Of a stretch of 64,000 nt of DNA, positions 28,284-37,516 are shown in pieces. The position numbers were made by a program, and so were the translations under genes. The stretch spans positions 5,705-69,704 of the forward strand of contig NZ_SSMZ01000080.1 of assembly GCF_004799395.1 (NCBI RefSeq), written 5' to 3'. Under the pieces are notes generated by a model, which worked only from the letters and a program-made list of their open reading frames with translations, was not told the DNA's origin and made no database searches. Position 1 is the first letter of the stretch. Each line of letters starts with the position of its first letter. Origin of the DNA: Phenylobacterium sp. GTDB taxonomy: Bacteria > Pseudomonadota > Alphaproteobacteria > Caulobacterales > Caulobacteraceae.

Positions 28284-28817
28284 ATGCGCAAGCTGCTGTT
28301 CCTCACCCTGGCCGTCACGGCCGTTCCGGCGCTCGCCTGGGCCGCGGCAGGCGATCCGGCCCTGACGGTCCTGCCTCCCGACCAGCGCCTCACCGGCCTG
28401 CTCGTCGTCAGCCATGCGAAACCCCTCGTGCTTGTAGCGATGATCGTGCTGCTCGCCGCCGTCATCGCTGCGGCGGCGCTGTGGGTCGCGCAGGCTACGC
28501 GCCCAGCTCACCGGCCCGAATCGGCCCTGGGCTGGCTTTCGGCGATCGCCGCCGGCGCGCCGATGCTGGGCCTGTCCGCCGCCGCCTATGGCCTGATGGA
28601 CGGCTGTATCGGCATCGCCAATCTGCGCCCGGTCCCGTCGCTCAGCATCCTGGCGCCCGGCCTGGCGGAGGCGTTCTTCTGCATCATGCTGGGTTGCCTC
28701 GCCTCAGCGATCGCCAGCGTCGGCGACCGCCACCTGAAGGCGCGCTTGCACGTCCTGGACGCCGCCGCGCCCGCCGACCGCGCGGCGGCGGCTCCGCTGT
28801 CCCGCACGATGGCCTGA
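28284..28817 (+). CDS. Orphan MotA/TolQ/ExbB-like membrane protein
   Basis: Signal-like N-terminus, then AGAPMLGL and SILAPGLAEAF helices typical of the ExbB/TolQ channel region. No ExbD/TolR partner is adjacent. Confidence 0.65.
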   Translation: MRKLLFLTLAVTAVPALAWAAAGDPALTVLPPDQRLTGLLVVSHAKPLVLVAMIVLLAAVIAAAALWVAQATRPAHRPESALGWLSAIAAGAPMLGLSAAAYGLMDGCIGIANLRPVPSLSILAPGLAEAFFCIMLGCLASAIASVGDRHLKARLHVLDAAAPADRAAAAPLSRTMA

Positions 28818-28872
28818 CGCAGCCGAACGCGCCGTCCGTCGTTAGGGTCTGGAGCGATCCCTCCAGACCCAG

Positions 28873-29382
28873 ATGGCCTCCATGCCCCAGACCCTCGAAG
28901 GCTCTTGCCGCTGCGGCGCAGTGCGCTTCACCGTCGAAAGCCACACGCCGCAGCCCTACCAGCGCTGCTACTGCTCGATATGCCGCAAGACCGCCGGCGG
29001 CGGCGGCTATGCGATCAACCTGGGCGCCGACGCAACGACGCTGGCCATAGAAGACCCCGACAAGGCCATCCGGGTGTTCCGCGCCGAAATCCGCGACGAT
29101 GAGTCAGGCCGCTGCGAGGTCTCGACTGGAGAACGAAACTTCTGCTCGCAGTGCGCCACGGCGCTCTGGCTGTTCTCGCCGGAATGGGCAGACCTGGTGC
29201 ATCCCTTCGCCTCGGCGATCGACTCCGAGCTGCCGGTCCCGCCATCGAAGGTGCACCTGATGCTGCAGTACAAGCCCGGCTGGGTCGCGGTGAACCAAGG
29301 GCCAGGCGATGCCTGTTTCGACCTCTATCCCAAGGAGTCGATCGAGGACTGGCACAAGAGCCGCGGCCTTTGGGTCGACTAG
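28873..29382 (+). CDS. GFA (glutathione-dependent formaldehyde-activating) family protein
   Basis: GSCRCGAV, CYCSICRK and FCSQCAT Cys motifs. Confidence 0.88.
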   Translation: MASMPQTLEGSCRCGAVRFTVESHTPQPYQRCYCSICRKTAGGGGYAINLGADATTLAIEDPDKAIRVFRAEIRDDESGRCEVSTGERNFCSQCATALWLFSPEWADLVHPFASAIDSELPVPPSKVHLMLQYKPGWVAVNQGPGDACFDLYPKESIEDWHKSRGLWVD

Positions 29383-29602
29383 GCGGAGCGACCTAGCAGA
29401 CCGCCTCCGCAATCGCCGGCTTTGGTTTCGACGAGGTGGAAGGATGCTGATTCACTTCGGCGATGAGCAAGACCTTCCGTCCCTGGCCGGTTGACGGGCG
29501 GAAACCGCTGGAGGGTTTACCTTCGCGTCAGGTTAGGGCGCCTGCCGGTCCGAAAGACGGGAGGCGCCGTCCTTGCTGGCCTCCGGGCGATGTCTTTCTG
29601 CC

Positions 29603-30829
29603 CTAGGGCGCCACCTTCTTGGCCGTGAACAGGGCCTCGATCTCGTCGGGGCGGGCGTTGTTGAAGTCGAGGCGGACGCGGCCATCTTCGGTGCGCCTGA
29701 CGGTCACCGGGGCCGACGAATTGGTCAGCATCCAGCCCTTGGGCAGGACCACCGCGTTCTCGGCGCGGCCGAACGTGCGGTCGAAGAACAGCTCGTCGCC
29801 CACCAGCTTGTAGCGGCCTGGATCGGTGTAGGTCTCGCTCATCCGCAGGCGGATCGACTGGCCGGCCTTCAGCGGCTTGAAGTTGAACACCACGATCTCG
29901 CTCTCAGGCGTCACCTTGCCGATCTCCGGGTCGTCGATGCCGGCCTTGGTGATCTCGGCGCCCTTGAGGTGGACGGCGGGAATGGCTTCGCCGGTGTCGA
30001 GGTTCTTGGCCGACGGATTGGACGCGACCGACCCGGGGCGGACCACGTTGATGTAGCGGCTGACGCCGGCTTTTTCCTCGGTGTAGTCGTGGTAGAGGTC
30101 GAAGGCGTGGGTTTCCGGCGGTTGCAGGAAGTAGACGACGTCGCGCGTCTGCTTGGCGCGCTCGCCGAATTTGCCCTTCACGCTAGTGGGCGTGGCCGAG
30201 ATCTGACCGGGTGAGGCGCGCAGCTTCAGCGGCGCCTCGCCGGGGGTGATGTTGTAGAAGCTGATGCGCAGGCGCCCGTCAGCCTCCTGGGTCACTTGGG
30301 ACGGATAGTTGCAGCTGACCAGCACATAGCCCTTGGGCAGGACGACGGCGTTCTTCTTGATTCCCAGGCCGCGGTCGAAGACCAGGTCGGCGCCGTCGAC
30401 GTAGTAGCTCTTGGCGTCTTCATAGGTCTTTTCGATCAGGATGCGCGCCTCGCCGCCATCCGGCGGCACTGGGTGGGCCAGCTCCACGCGGATATAGTCC
30501 GACTTGGGATCGGCCTCCGGCAGACCCGTCGTCTTGGCGGACTCGCCCGAGACCTGGGCGAACTTCAGCGGCTGGCCGGTGGCCATGTCGGTGACGCTCT
30601 CGTCAGTGGCGATGGAGCCCTTGCGGATCGGGTTGAAGAAGGCCGTGACCCCCGGACGCACGGCGGTGATGTCGTAGATGATCCGGAACTTGCCCGACCC
30701 CGGCGCCAGCAACTCGTAGCGGGTGTAGCCGTTGGCCTCCTGCGGGTTAGGCCGTTGCGGTGGCTGCGCCTGCGCGCTCCAGCCGGTCGCCAACGCCGCC
30801 GCCATGATCAGCGCGCCCAAAGTCCGCAT
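29603..30829 (-). CDS. Secreted hypothetical protein with two tandem homologous domains
   Basis: Signal peptide; LVFDRGLGIKKNAVVLPKGY...DGRLRISFYN is repeated as LFFDRTFGRAENAVVLPKGW...DGRVRLDFNN. Confidence 0.8.
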   Translation of the reverse strand: MRTLGALIMAAALATGWSAQAQPPQRPNPQEANGYTRYELLAPGSGKFRIIYDITAVRPGVTAFFNPIRKGSIATDESVTDMATGQPLKFAQVSGESAKTTGLPEADPKSDYIRVELAHPVPPDGGEARILIEKTYEDAKSYYVDGADLVFDRGLGIKKNAVVLPKGYVLVSCNYPSQVTQEADGRLRISFYNITPGEAPLKLRASPGQISATPTSVKGKFGERAKQTRDVVYFLQPPETHAFDLYHDYTEEKAGVSRYINVVRPGSVASNPSAKNLDTGEAIPAVHLKGAEITKAGIDDPEIGKVTPESEIVVFNFKPLKAGQSIRLRMSETYTDPGRYKLVGDELFFDRTFGRAENAVVLPKGWMLTNSSAPVTVRRTEDGRVRLDFNNARPDEIEALFTAKKVAP

Positions 30830-30899
30830 GCCCCACTCCCCTCAAAACTGAAGCGGCGACTATGGCGGTCCGCTCAGCGCTGTCATCCTGGAAATCGCG

Positions 30900-31268
30900 C
30901 TAGCGAACGAGAAGTCGCTTCGGTGCGGCCAGGCGCCAGCTGGAGAGCAGCCGCGCCTCCACATGGGCCCAGTCGAGGGCCGGGTCGGCGAGGCAGAGGC
31001 CGATCCAGCCCGAGGGGCCGAGATAGGGCAGCCAGGAATAGAGATCCGGATCGGCCTCGATCAGCAGGTCCTGCTCGTCGCGGCCAGTCGTCTTCAAACA
31101 GGCCGCGGTCAGGCCGTCCCCATGATGGTTATGCCAGAAGTAGCAGAACATCTTGCCGGCCACGTCGAAGGCCGGAGAGCCGTGGCTGACCCGCTCGCCG
31201 GTCTCCGGAAGGGCCAGGCAGGCGCTCCGCAGGCGTCCGAGAACCGCGTCGGGATCGGCCGCCAGCAC
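30900..31268 (-). CDS. MmcQ/YjbR family protein
   Basis: CLALPETGERVSHGSPAF, PYLGPSGWIG and SWRLAAPKRL motifs. Confidence 0.85.
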   Translation of the reverse strand: MLAADPDAVLGRLRSACLALPETGERVSHGSPAFDVAGKMFCYFWHNHHGDGLTAACLKTTGRDEQDLLIEADPDLYSWLPYLGPSGWIGLCLADPALDWAHVEARLLSSWRLAAPKRLLVR

Positions 31269-31272
31269 GGGA

Positions 31273-32298
31273 CTACACGGCTCCGGTCGCGATCAGGCTG
31301 TTGGCGCAGTCGAGGATGGTTTCCTCGAGCGGCCTGGGCTGCCAGCCGAGGACGCGCTGGGCCTTGGCGGACGAGTAGTCGTGCTTGTGCCCAAGGCTGG
31401 GCGTCACCGAGCCGAGGTCCTTGTCGAACAGTCCTGCCAGACGGATCACGAAGTCCGGGACCTTGCGGGTCGGCACCTTGTCGGCCTTGTCGCCCAGGCG
31501 TTCGCGTAGCAAGGCCGCCAGGTCGCCCATCCAGGCGAAATTGGCCGCGGCGATGAAGCGCTCGCCGGCCGCCCTTTCGTCCGTCATGGCGCGGATGTGT
31601 AGGTCGGCCACGTCACGCACGTCGACCACGTTGAAGCCCAGGCGCGGCAGACCCGGCACCCGGCCGGACAGCAGGCGCTCGACGACCTGGACGGACTCCG
31701 AGAAGTCGCCGCTGGTCACCGGACCCAGCACCAGCGCCGGATTCACCGTCGCGAGCGTGGTGTCGCCCTGGGTCGTGTGCAGCAGCTCCCAGGCCGCCCG
31801 CTCGGCCAGGGTCTTGGACTGGGCGTAGGCGCTGAGCCGGGGCGTCGAAGGGTCGGTCCAGACCGTCTCGTCGGCGGTCCAGTCGGCGCCGCCGACGCCT
31901 TTGCTGGTCGCCGCGACCGAGGAGGTCATCACCACGCGCTTGACCTTGGCCTTGATCGCCGCGGCGATCGCTCGCTTGGCGCCCTCGCGAGCTGGCACGA
32001 TCAGCTCGTTGGGATCTTTCGGGTCGGCGACGCCCAGCGGCGAGGCGACGTGCAGGACATAGTCGCAACCCTCGGTGGCGGCATCCCAGCCGTCGTCCGC
32101 GGTCAGGTTGGCGGCGTAGAAGCTGAGGCGATTGCCCGGATCGATGATCTTGGCCAGCGAGGCGCGCACGGCCGACTCCTTGGACAGGTCCCGAACCGTG
32201 GCGCGCACCACATAGCCGCGCTGTAGCAGGCTCGCGACGCACCACCCGCCGATATAGCCGGACCCGCCAGTCACCAGCACCGTCTCGCCGCCGCTCAT
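31273..32298 (-). CDS. NAD-dependent epimerase/dehydratase (aldehyde/dihydroflavonol reductase-like extended SDR)
   Basis: VLVTGGSGYIG, HVASP, YAQSKTLAE and VDVRDVA motifs. Confidence 0.9.
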   Translation of the reverse strand: MSGGETVLVTGGSGYIGGWCVASLLQRGYVVRATVRDLSKESAVRASLAKIIDPGNRLSFYAANLTADDGWDAATEGCDYVLHVASPLGVADPKDPNELIVPAREGAKRAIAAAIKAKVKRVVMTSSVAATSKGVGGADWTADETVWTDPSTPRLSAYAQSKTLAERAAWELLHTTQGDTTLATVNPALVLGPVTSGDFSESVQVVERLLSGRVPGLPRLGFNVVDVRDVADLHIRAMTDERAAGERFIAAANFAWMGDLAALLRERLGDKADKVPTRKVPDFVIRLAGLFDKDLGSVTPSLGHKHDYSSAKAQRVLGWQPRPLEETILDCANSLIATGAV

Positions 32299-32451
32299 CT
32301 GCCGCCCCATGTTTACACTGCTCAGATGACTCCATAGCAGTTTTGGCGACCGGTGGAATTGAAAGCTTGCTACGAGGGCTTGCAACTTCGTGCATCCCGC
32401 CGCGCTGCGCTGCAACTCCTCGTGGAGCCGGCGGCGCCCGACATTGGGGGC

Positions 32452-32796
32452 ATGGAAGTACAGCATAGCCTTTCGGAGCCGGCCCTGGACCTGCAGGCCG
32501 CCAACGACCCCCCGACGCGTCGCCTGCGGCCGGCTCCGATCACCCCGCCGCTCACCCGTTATATCCAGGAACGCCTGGGCCGGGCCATCCGCCTGCGCCG
32601 CCGGATGATGGACCTCACCCTGCAGGATCTGGCCACCGCCTGCGGCGTCACCTTCCAGCAGGTGCACAAGTACGAAAGCGGCCTGTGCAGCGTCTCGGCC
32701 GCCCAGCTCTGGGGGATCGCCCAGGCGCTTGAGGTGCCGGTCTCCTACTTCTACGAGACGCTCGCCACCCCCGAACCCTGGCGCGCCGAGGCCTGA
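32452..32796 (+). CDS. XRE-family HTH transcriptional regulator
   Basis: IRLRRRMMDLTLQDLATACGVTFQQVHKYESG...VPVSYFY. Confidence 0.88.
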   Translation: MEVQHSLSEPALDLQAANDPPTRRLRPAPITPPLTRYIQERLGRAIRLRRRMMDLTLQDLATACGVTFQQVHKYESGLCSVSAAQLWGIAQALEVPVSYFYETLATPEPWRAEA

Positions 32797-32891
32797 CCGC
32801 CAGGAATCGCCCGCCGCCAGGCGGTCCCCACAACGGCCCATGACGCGCTAGACTGCCCCTGGACGCAACCGCCTTCAGGGGAACAGAGCGC

Positions 32892-33203
32892 ATGATCCGC
32901 AACCTGGCGCAGCTCGCCTATCGCCTCGACGAGTGGCTGCAGACCAAGCTCGGGCGGCCCTACAACGCCCTGCTGGGCGTGGGCCTGGTGCTGGGATTGA
33001 TCCACCAGTTCCAGGACCTGCCCAAGGACTTCGCGCGGGGCGGCGGCGTCAGCACGCTTCTGATCGCGGCGATGGACGTGGCCCTGCTGGTCAACCAGGC
33101 GGGCCAGTTCCACCAGCACCTGGAGCGCCGTCGCACCATGCCGAAGCGGCTGAAGCGCCGGGCAGGCAAGGACGTCGCCAAGGCCGAGGGCGACAAGGCC
33201 TAG
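32892..33203 (+). CDS. Small hypothetical membrane protein
   Basis: Two hydrophobic segments, a basic tail, and GC-rich third codon positions. Confidence 0.65.
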   Translation: MIRNLAQLAYRLDEWLQTKLGRPYNALLGVGLVLGLIHQFQDLPKDFARGGGVSTLLIAAMDVALLVNQAGQFHQHLERRRTMPKRLKRRAGKDVAKAEGDKA

Positions 33204-33232
33204 GCCCTGTCGCCGCTTCGTGGGCGGCCTCC

Positions 33233-34957
33233 CTACTTCCGCAGGTTGTCGGTCTTGGTGATGAAGGCCGCCACGTCGTCGTGCATCGCTTTCAGCGAGG
33301 CCTCCTTGGCGTAAACCATGTGGCCGCTCTCATAGTAGTGGTAGCTGATGTTGGGCTGCAGGCTGTCGGGCATCGGCAGGTGGTGCATCTCGTACCAGCC
33401 CTCGTAGAACGGCGTGGCCAGGTCGTAGTAGCCGCCTAGCAGCATCACCTTCAAGCCCGGGTTCTGCTTCATCGCGTTGGCCAGGTCCGGCATGACGTTG
33501 AGCATGGCGCGGGGCGCGCCGAACCCGCGGCCCGGCGGCACGTGGTTGTTGTCCCAGAAGCGGAAGACATTGACCGATGGCTTGAAGATCTTGCCCTCGC
33601 CATAGCCCAGCGTCTTGCGGGCGTAGTCGTTGAAGGCGCTGACGTAGGCCGAGGACAGGGCCGAGGACTGCGGGTCGTAGCTGGACTCCTTGGAGAGCGG
33701 ATCGAGGTCGGGGCCGGAGAAGCGGGTGTCCAGGCGACCGGTGGTCATCCCTTGATCGACCTGCAGCTCCTTCTCGAACTCACCGCCGGTGATCCTGAGG
33801 TCGGCCCGCAGCACATAGGCCGCCGGCAGGCCGGTGTAGTGGGCGTAGCGCTCGGCGATGGCGCGCTTCTTGGCGGGGTCGAGTTCGGAGCCCTTCTGCA
33901 AGGCCAGCGCATAGTCGCCGGTGGCGAAATCCTCGACCTCCTTCATGTAGGCTTCGATGGTCGCCGGCGCGCCGGGGACCAGCTTCCGCGCCCAGGCCGA
34001 AGCGGCATAGGTCGGCAGGGCGGTGATGTAGGCCTGGTCGCTGCCGGGGTTGTTCTCCGCGCCGTCGACGCTGAGCGCGAAGTTGAGGATCTGCGACAGC
34101 AGCATCACGCCATTGAAGTCGACGCTTTCGCCGGTCTCGAGGTTGTTGATCAGAACCGCCGAGCGAGGCGTGCCGTAGCTCTCGCCGAACAGGTACTTCG
34201 GGCTGTTCCAGCGGCCGTATTGGGACAGGAAGGCTAGGATGAACTGGGTGAAGGCCGCGCCGTCTTCATCGACGCCCCAGAAGGCCTTTTCCTTGTCGCG
34301 GCCGGCGATGCGGCTGAAGCCGGCGCCCGGCGCGTCGATGAACACCATGTCGGTGACGTCCATCATCGAATAGGAATTGTTGATCACCGAATAGGGCGCG
34401 GCCGGCGTATGCTGGCCGTTGTCGACCGTGACGATCCGCTTCGGGCCCCAGGCGCCCATGTGCAGCCACATGGTCGAGGAGCCGGGACCGCCGTTGTAGA
34501 TGAAGGTGATCGGCCGGTCGGCGGCGGGCGCGCCCTTCTTGAAATAGGCAGTGTAGAACATCGAGGCCTCGGCCTCGGGGTTGCCGCCGGCGCCCAGGTT
34601 CGCGCCCGGAGCCGCCGCAGCCTCGCGGCGCGCCGCGTCATCCCAGCCACGCGGGTGGACGACGATGGTGCCGGCCACGGCGTGATAGGGGATGGTCTGC
34701 CCCTCGACGGTGACCACGCCCTCGCTGTCGGCGCGTTCGGGTTTGAACAGCACGCCGGCGTTGGGCTCGGCGGTGGCGCGGGCGTCGGGCTTCTTGCCTT
34801 CCGTGTTCTGTTGCGCCTCGTTGGCCGCCGCCATGGGCCGCCGCCCCGTGGCGGTCGCGTCCGGCGACGTGGCCCGCTCGGAAGCCGGGGGCTGGGCGAA
34901 GGCCAGACCCGCGATCAACGACAGGCCGGCGCCGGCCAACAAGACTTTCCTCAGCAC
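33233..34957 (-). CDS. Secreted S10 family serine carboxypeptidase
   Basis: NGGPGSS, GESYG, YDLATP and ESGHM motifs; signal peptide from the GTG at 34957. Confidence 0.92.
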   Translation of the reverse strand: MLRKVLLAGAGLSLIAGLAFAQPPASERATSPDATATGRRPMAAANEAQQNTEGKKPDARATAEPNAGVLFKPERADSEGVVTVEGQTIPYHAVAGTIVVHPRGWDDAARREAAAAPGANLGAGGNPEAEASMFYTAYFKKGAPAADRPITFIYNGGPGSSTMWLHMGAWGPKRIVTVDNGQHTPAAPYSVINNSYSMMDVTDMVFIDAPGAGFSRIAGRDKEKAFWGVDEDGAAFTQFILAFLSQYGRWNSPKYLFGESYGTPRSAVLINNLETGESVDFNGVMLLSQILNFALSVDGAENNPGSDQAYITALPTYAASAWARKLVPGAPATIEAYMKEVEDFATGDYALALQKGSELDPAKKRAIAERYAHYTGLPAAYVLRADLRITGGEFEKELQVDQGMTTGRLDTRFSGPDLDPLSKESSYDPQSSALSSAYVSAFNDYARKTLGYGEGKIFKPSVNVFRFWDNNHVPPGRGFGAPRAMLNVMPDLANAMKQNPGLKVMLLGGYYDLATPFYEGWYEMHHLPMPDSLQPNISYHYYESGHMVYAKEASLKAMHDDVAAFITKTDNLRK

Positions 34958-35169
34958 AATGGAATCCCCCAAAAATTTAAGCGCGCAAGCTAGGCCGCAG
35001 GGGCAGGCTTTGACAACCGAAGGTACGTGGCGCCGATGAAACATGGCGCTCGCGCCTGAACCGCGGACAACCGTCCGTCCCCGGCCCATTCAGCTTGGCC
35101 CGCCTAAATTGATCCTCGATCCGACGCCGTTCCGTCCCGGGACGCCGCCGCACTCAGGAGACCGAGATC

Positions 35170-35472
35170 ATGTCGATGAAAGCGATGCTTCTGGCGGCCG
35201 CGACCGCCGCCAGCCTGGCGATCCCCGCCGCCGCCATGGCCCAGGACTACCACCACGCCGACGGCCGCTACGAGGCGCGGCGCGGACGCGACGACCGCGA
35301 TGACCGCAACTATCGCGGCTATGGCTACGCGCCGGAATATGGCTACGGCTACGACGACAGCTATCCGGCCTACGGCTATGACGCCTATCGCTACGCCGCC
35401 CCGGTCTTCCGCGACCGCGATGACCGCCGCTGGTACCATGACCGCCGCGACCGCGATCACGGCCGCCGCTAG
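35170..35472 (+). CDS. Small secreted low-complexity (Y/G/R/D-rich) protein
   Basis: SD CAGGAG, signal peptide ending AMA-Q, and DRDDR and GYGY repeats. Confidence 0.75.
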   Translation: MSMKAMLLAAATAASLAIPAAAMAQDYHHADGRYEARRGRDDRDDRNYRGYGYAPEYGYGYDDSYPAYGYDAYRYAAPVFRDRDDRRWYHDRRDRDHGRR

Positions 35473-35488
35473 GCTCTGAGCCCGCCCT

Positions 35489-35633
35489 GCCGCCAGCCCT
35501 ACGGGGGCGGGGCGCGGTGATCTAAGCCGAGGCATGCGCGAGGCCCTCACGCTCAGCTCGCGAGGTCTACCCCCCTTCGGCATCCGGCCTTTCACGACCG
35601 CGCCGAGCGTGACGGAGCCGTAGGGCTAGCGGC
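35489..35633. repeat. Nested inverted-repeat element (REP/MITE-like)
   Basis: Outer arms GCCGCCAGCCCTACGG / CCGTAGGGCTAGCGGC (15/16 complementary), inner arms GGCGCGGT/ACCGCGCC and CGCGAG/CTCGCG. Confidence 0.65.
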
Positions 35634-35634
35634 G

Positions 35635-36159
35635 TCATTCCTCAGCGAACAGGGGATCCGACACCTCGCGGGCCTTCTTCTTCCGGGGCCGCTCGCGCAT
35701 CACGCCGGGATAGCCCTTGAGAGGCGCCAGCGGCTCGCCGGCCCAGGTCCAGTCGGCCTGTTCGGCGAAGTTCGTGTGGTAGCGCGGCTCGCGTCCAGTG
35801 CGCTCGGCGAAGACCGCGCGCGGGATGTTGACCATCTCGGGCGAGCGGGCGCGCTCATAGAGCATGGGCGTGCCGCAGCGGGCGCAGAAGCTACGCGCTG
35901 TCCCCGCCTCGGCGTCCTCGAAGCGGGTCAGGTTCTCCTCGCCCGCCAGCAGCCGGAAGCGGCTCTTCCAGCTGCCGACATAGGTGGCGTAGGCGCAGCC
36001 CTGGGCGTGGCGGCTGCGCTGCGAATGGTCGTGCCAGGCCCAGACGGCGGGGACGTCGATCTCGATCCGAACCCCGCCGCAGACGCAGGCGCCGCTCGCC
36101 TGGACGGCGGGTCTGGCCTTCACCTTGAGCGCTTCGCCGCCTCGTCCAGAAATGGTCAC
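35635..36159 (-). CDS. GFA family protein (variant)
   Basis: GACVCGGV and RSFCARCGTP motifs; the middle Cys motif is replaced by WHDHSQRSR. Confidence 0.8.
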   Translation of the reverse strand: MTISGRGGEALKVKARPAVQASGACVCGGVRIEIDVPAVWAWHDHSQRSRHAQGCAYATYVGSWKSRFRLLAGEENLTRFEDAEAGTARSFCARCGTPMLYERARSPEMVNIPRAVFAERTGREPRYHTNFAEQADWTWAGEPLAPLKGYPGVMRERPRKKKAREVSDPLFAEE

Positions 36160-36296
36160 CTAATCACCTCAATTATATCACGTTTCGGGGATGGCGGCCG
36201 ATCGGCGGGCGCCTATGTCTAGGCCTGCCCGCTACACTCGGGCCAGTTCGACCGTTGGCCATAGTGACCCTCGGCCTCTGGAAAATGGAGGTCATT

Positions 36297-36719
36297 TTGA
36301 AACCGATCCTGAAACCCCTTCTTGGCGCTCTAGCAGGCGCCTCCCTGCTCGCGGCGCCGTTCGCCGCGGACGCGCAGGCCCACGGCGGCCATGGCGGCGG
36401 CGGCTTCCATGGCGGCGGCCACAGCGCGAGTGGCTTCCATGGCGGCGGCTTCCGCGGCGGCGGATATCGTGGTGGCGGCTACTATCGCGGCGGCTATCCG
36501 TTCGTCGGCGGGCTGGGTCTTGGCCTCGCGTTCGGCTCACTGGCTGCGCCTTGGTACTATGACGGCTACTATGGCCCCGATCCGTCCTACTCGGGCTACG
36601 CGCCCGACTATGGCTACGACTATGCGCCGCCGCCCCCGGTCGCAGCCGGACCGCCCGCGGCCTGCGGGAACTGGTCGTGGAACGCTGGCCGCAACCAGTA
36701 CGACTGGGTTCCCTGCTAG
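36297..36719 (+). CDS. Secreted Gly/Tyr-rich hypothetical protein
   Basis: GGAGG SD before the TTG start, signal peptide, GGFHGGG repeats, and C-terminal CGNWSW...YDWVPC. Confidence 0.75.
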   Translation: MKPILKPLLGALAGASLLAAPFAADAQAHGGHGGGGFHGGGHSASGFHGGGFRGGGYRGGGYYRGGYPFVGGLGLGLAFGSLAAPWYYDGYYGPDPSYSGYAPDYGYDYAPPPPVAAGPPAACGNWSWNAGRNQYDWVPC

Positions 36720-36841
36720 GGCCAGCTGACCTCAGGCGCCGCGTGTCGGCGGATCGCGCCTCGCCCGTCCCCGGCGGTGCGTCCCCGGCGCCCCAGGCCG
36801 CCCGGCCTTGACCGCGGGGGCCGGGCCGCCGAGGAAGCGGC

Positions 36842-37516
36842 ATGATCCCCGTCACCCCGCAAGGCCGCCGCGACTTCATCGCCGCCAACACGCGCCTGCA
36901 GCGTCCGCCCCACGTGGCCGAGATCGAACTGCATCTGGCCGACGAGATCACCCCCATATGGAAACTGACCGAAGAGGCCCTGGAGGAGATCGGCCTGCCA
37001 CCGCCCTTCTGGGCCTTCGCCTGGGCGGGCGGTCAGGCGCTGGCGCGCTACCTCATCGACAACCCCGAGGTCGTCGCCGGCAAGCGGGCAATCGACTTCG
37101 CCGCGGGCTCGGGCATAGTCGGCATCGCGGCGATGAAGGCCGGCGCGAGGGACGTGCTCTGCGCCGACATCGACCTCTATTGCGAGGCGGCCGTGGCGCT
37201 GAACGGCGCCGCCAATGGCGTGACCTGCGCCTTCACAGCCGCCGACCTGCTGGACGCTCCGGCGCCCGCCTGGGCCGATCTGATTCTCGCCGGCGACATC
37301 TGCTACGAGAAGCCGCTGGCTGAGCGCGTGCTGGCCTGGCTGGCCGCCGCGCGGGCCGCAGGCGCCATGGTGCTGATCGGCGACCCGGGACGCAGCTATT
37401 TCCCGCGCACGGGACTGATCAAGCTCGCGGAATATCAGGTGCCGACAACGCAGGAGCTGGAGGACATGGCGGTCAAGCGCACCGCCGTGTGGGCCATGCC
37501 GGAAGGCGCCGCGTGA
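36842..37516 (+). CDS. Class I SAM-dependent protein methyltransferase (METTL20/PrmA-like)
   Basis: PPPFWAFAWAGGQALARY, DFAAGSG, GDICYE and GDPGRSY motifs. Confidence 0.88.
   Translation: MIPVTPQGRRDFIAANTRLQRPPHVAEIELHLADEITPIWKLTEEALEEIGLPPPFWAFAWAGGQALARYLIDNPEVVAGKRAIDFAAGSGIVGIAAMKAGARDVLCADIDLYCEAAVALNGAANGVTCAFTAADLLDAPAPAWADLILAGDICYEKPLAERVLAWLAAARAAGAMVLIGDPGRSYFPRTGLIKLAEYQVPTTQELEDMAVKRTAVWAMPEGAA

Noticed and set aside
29444..29510. Hammerhead ribozyme (CTGA, GATGA and GAAAC-like words)
   Set aside because: The contiguous CUGAUGA core and the required stem arrangement are absent.
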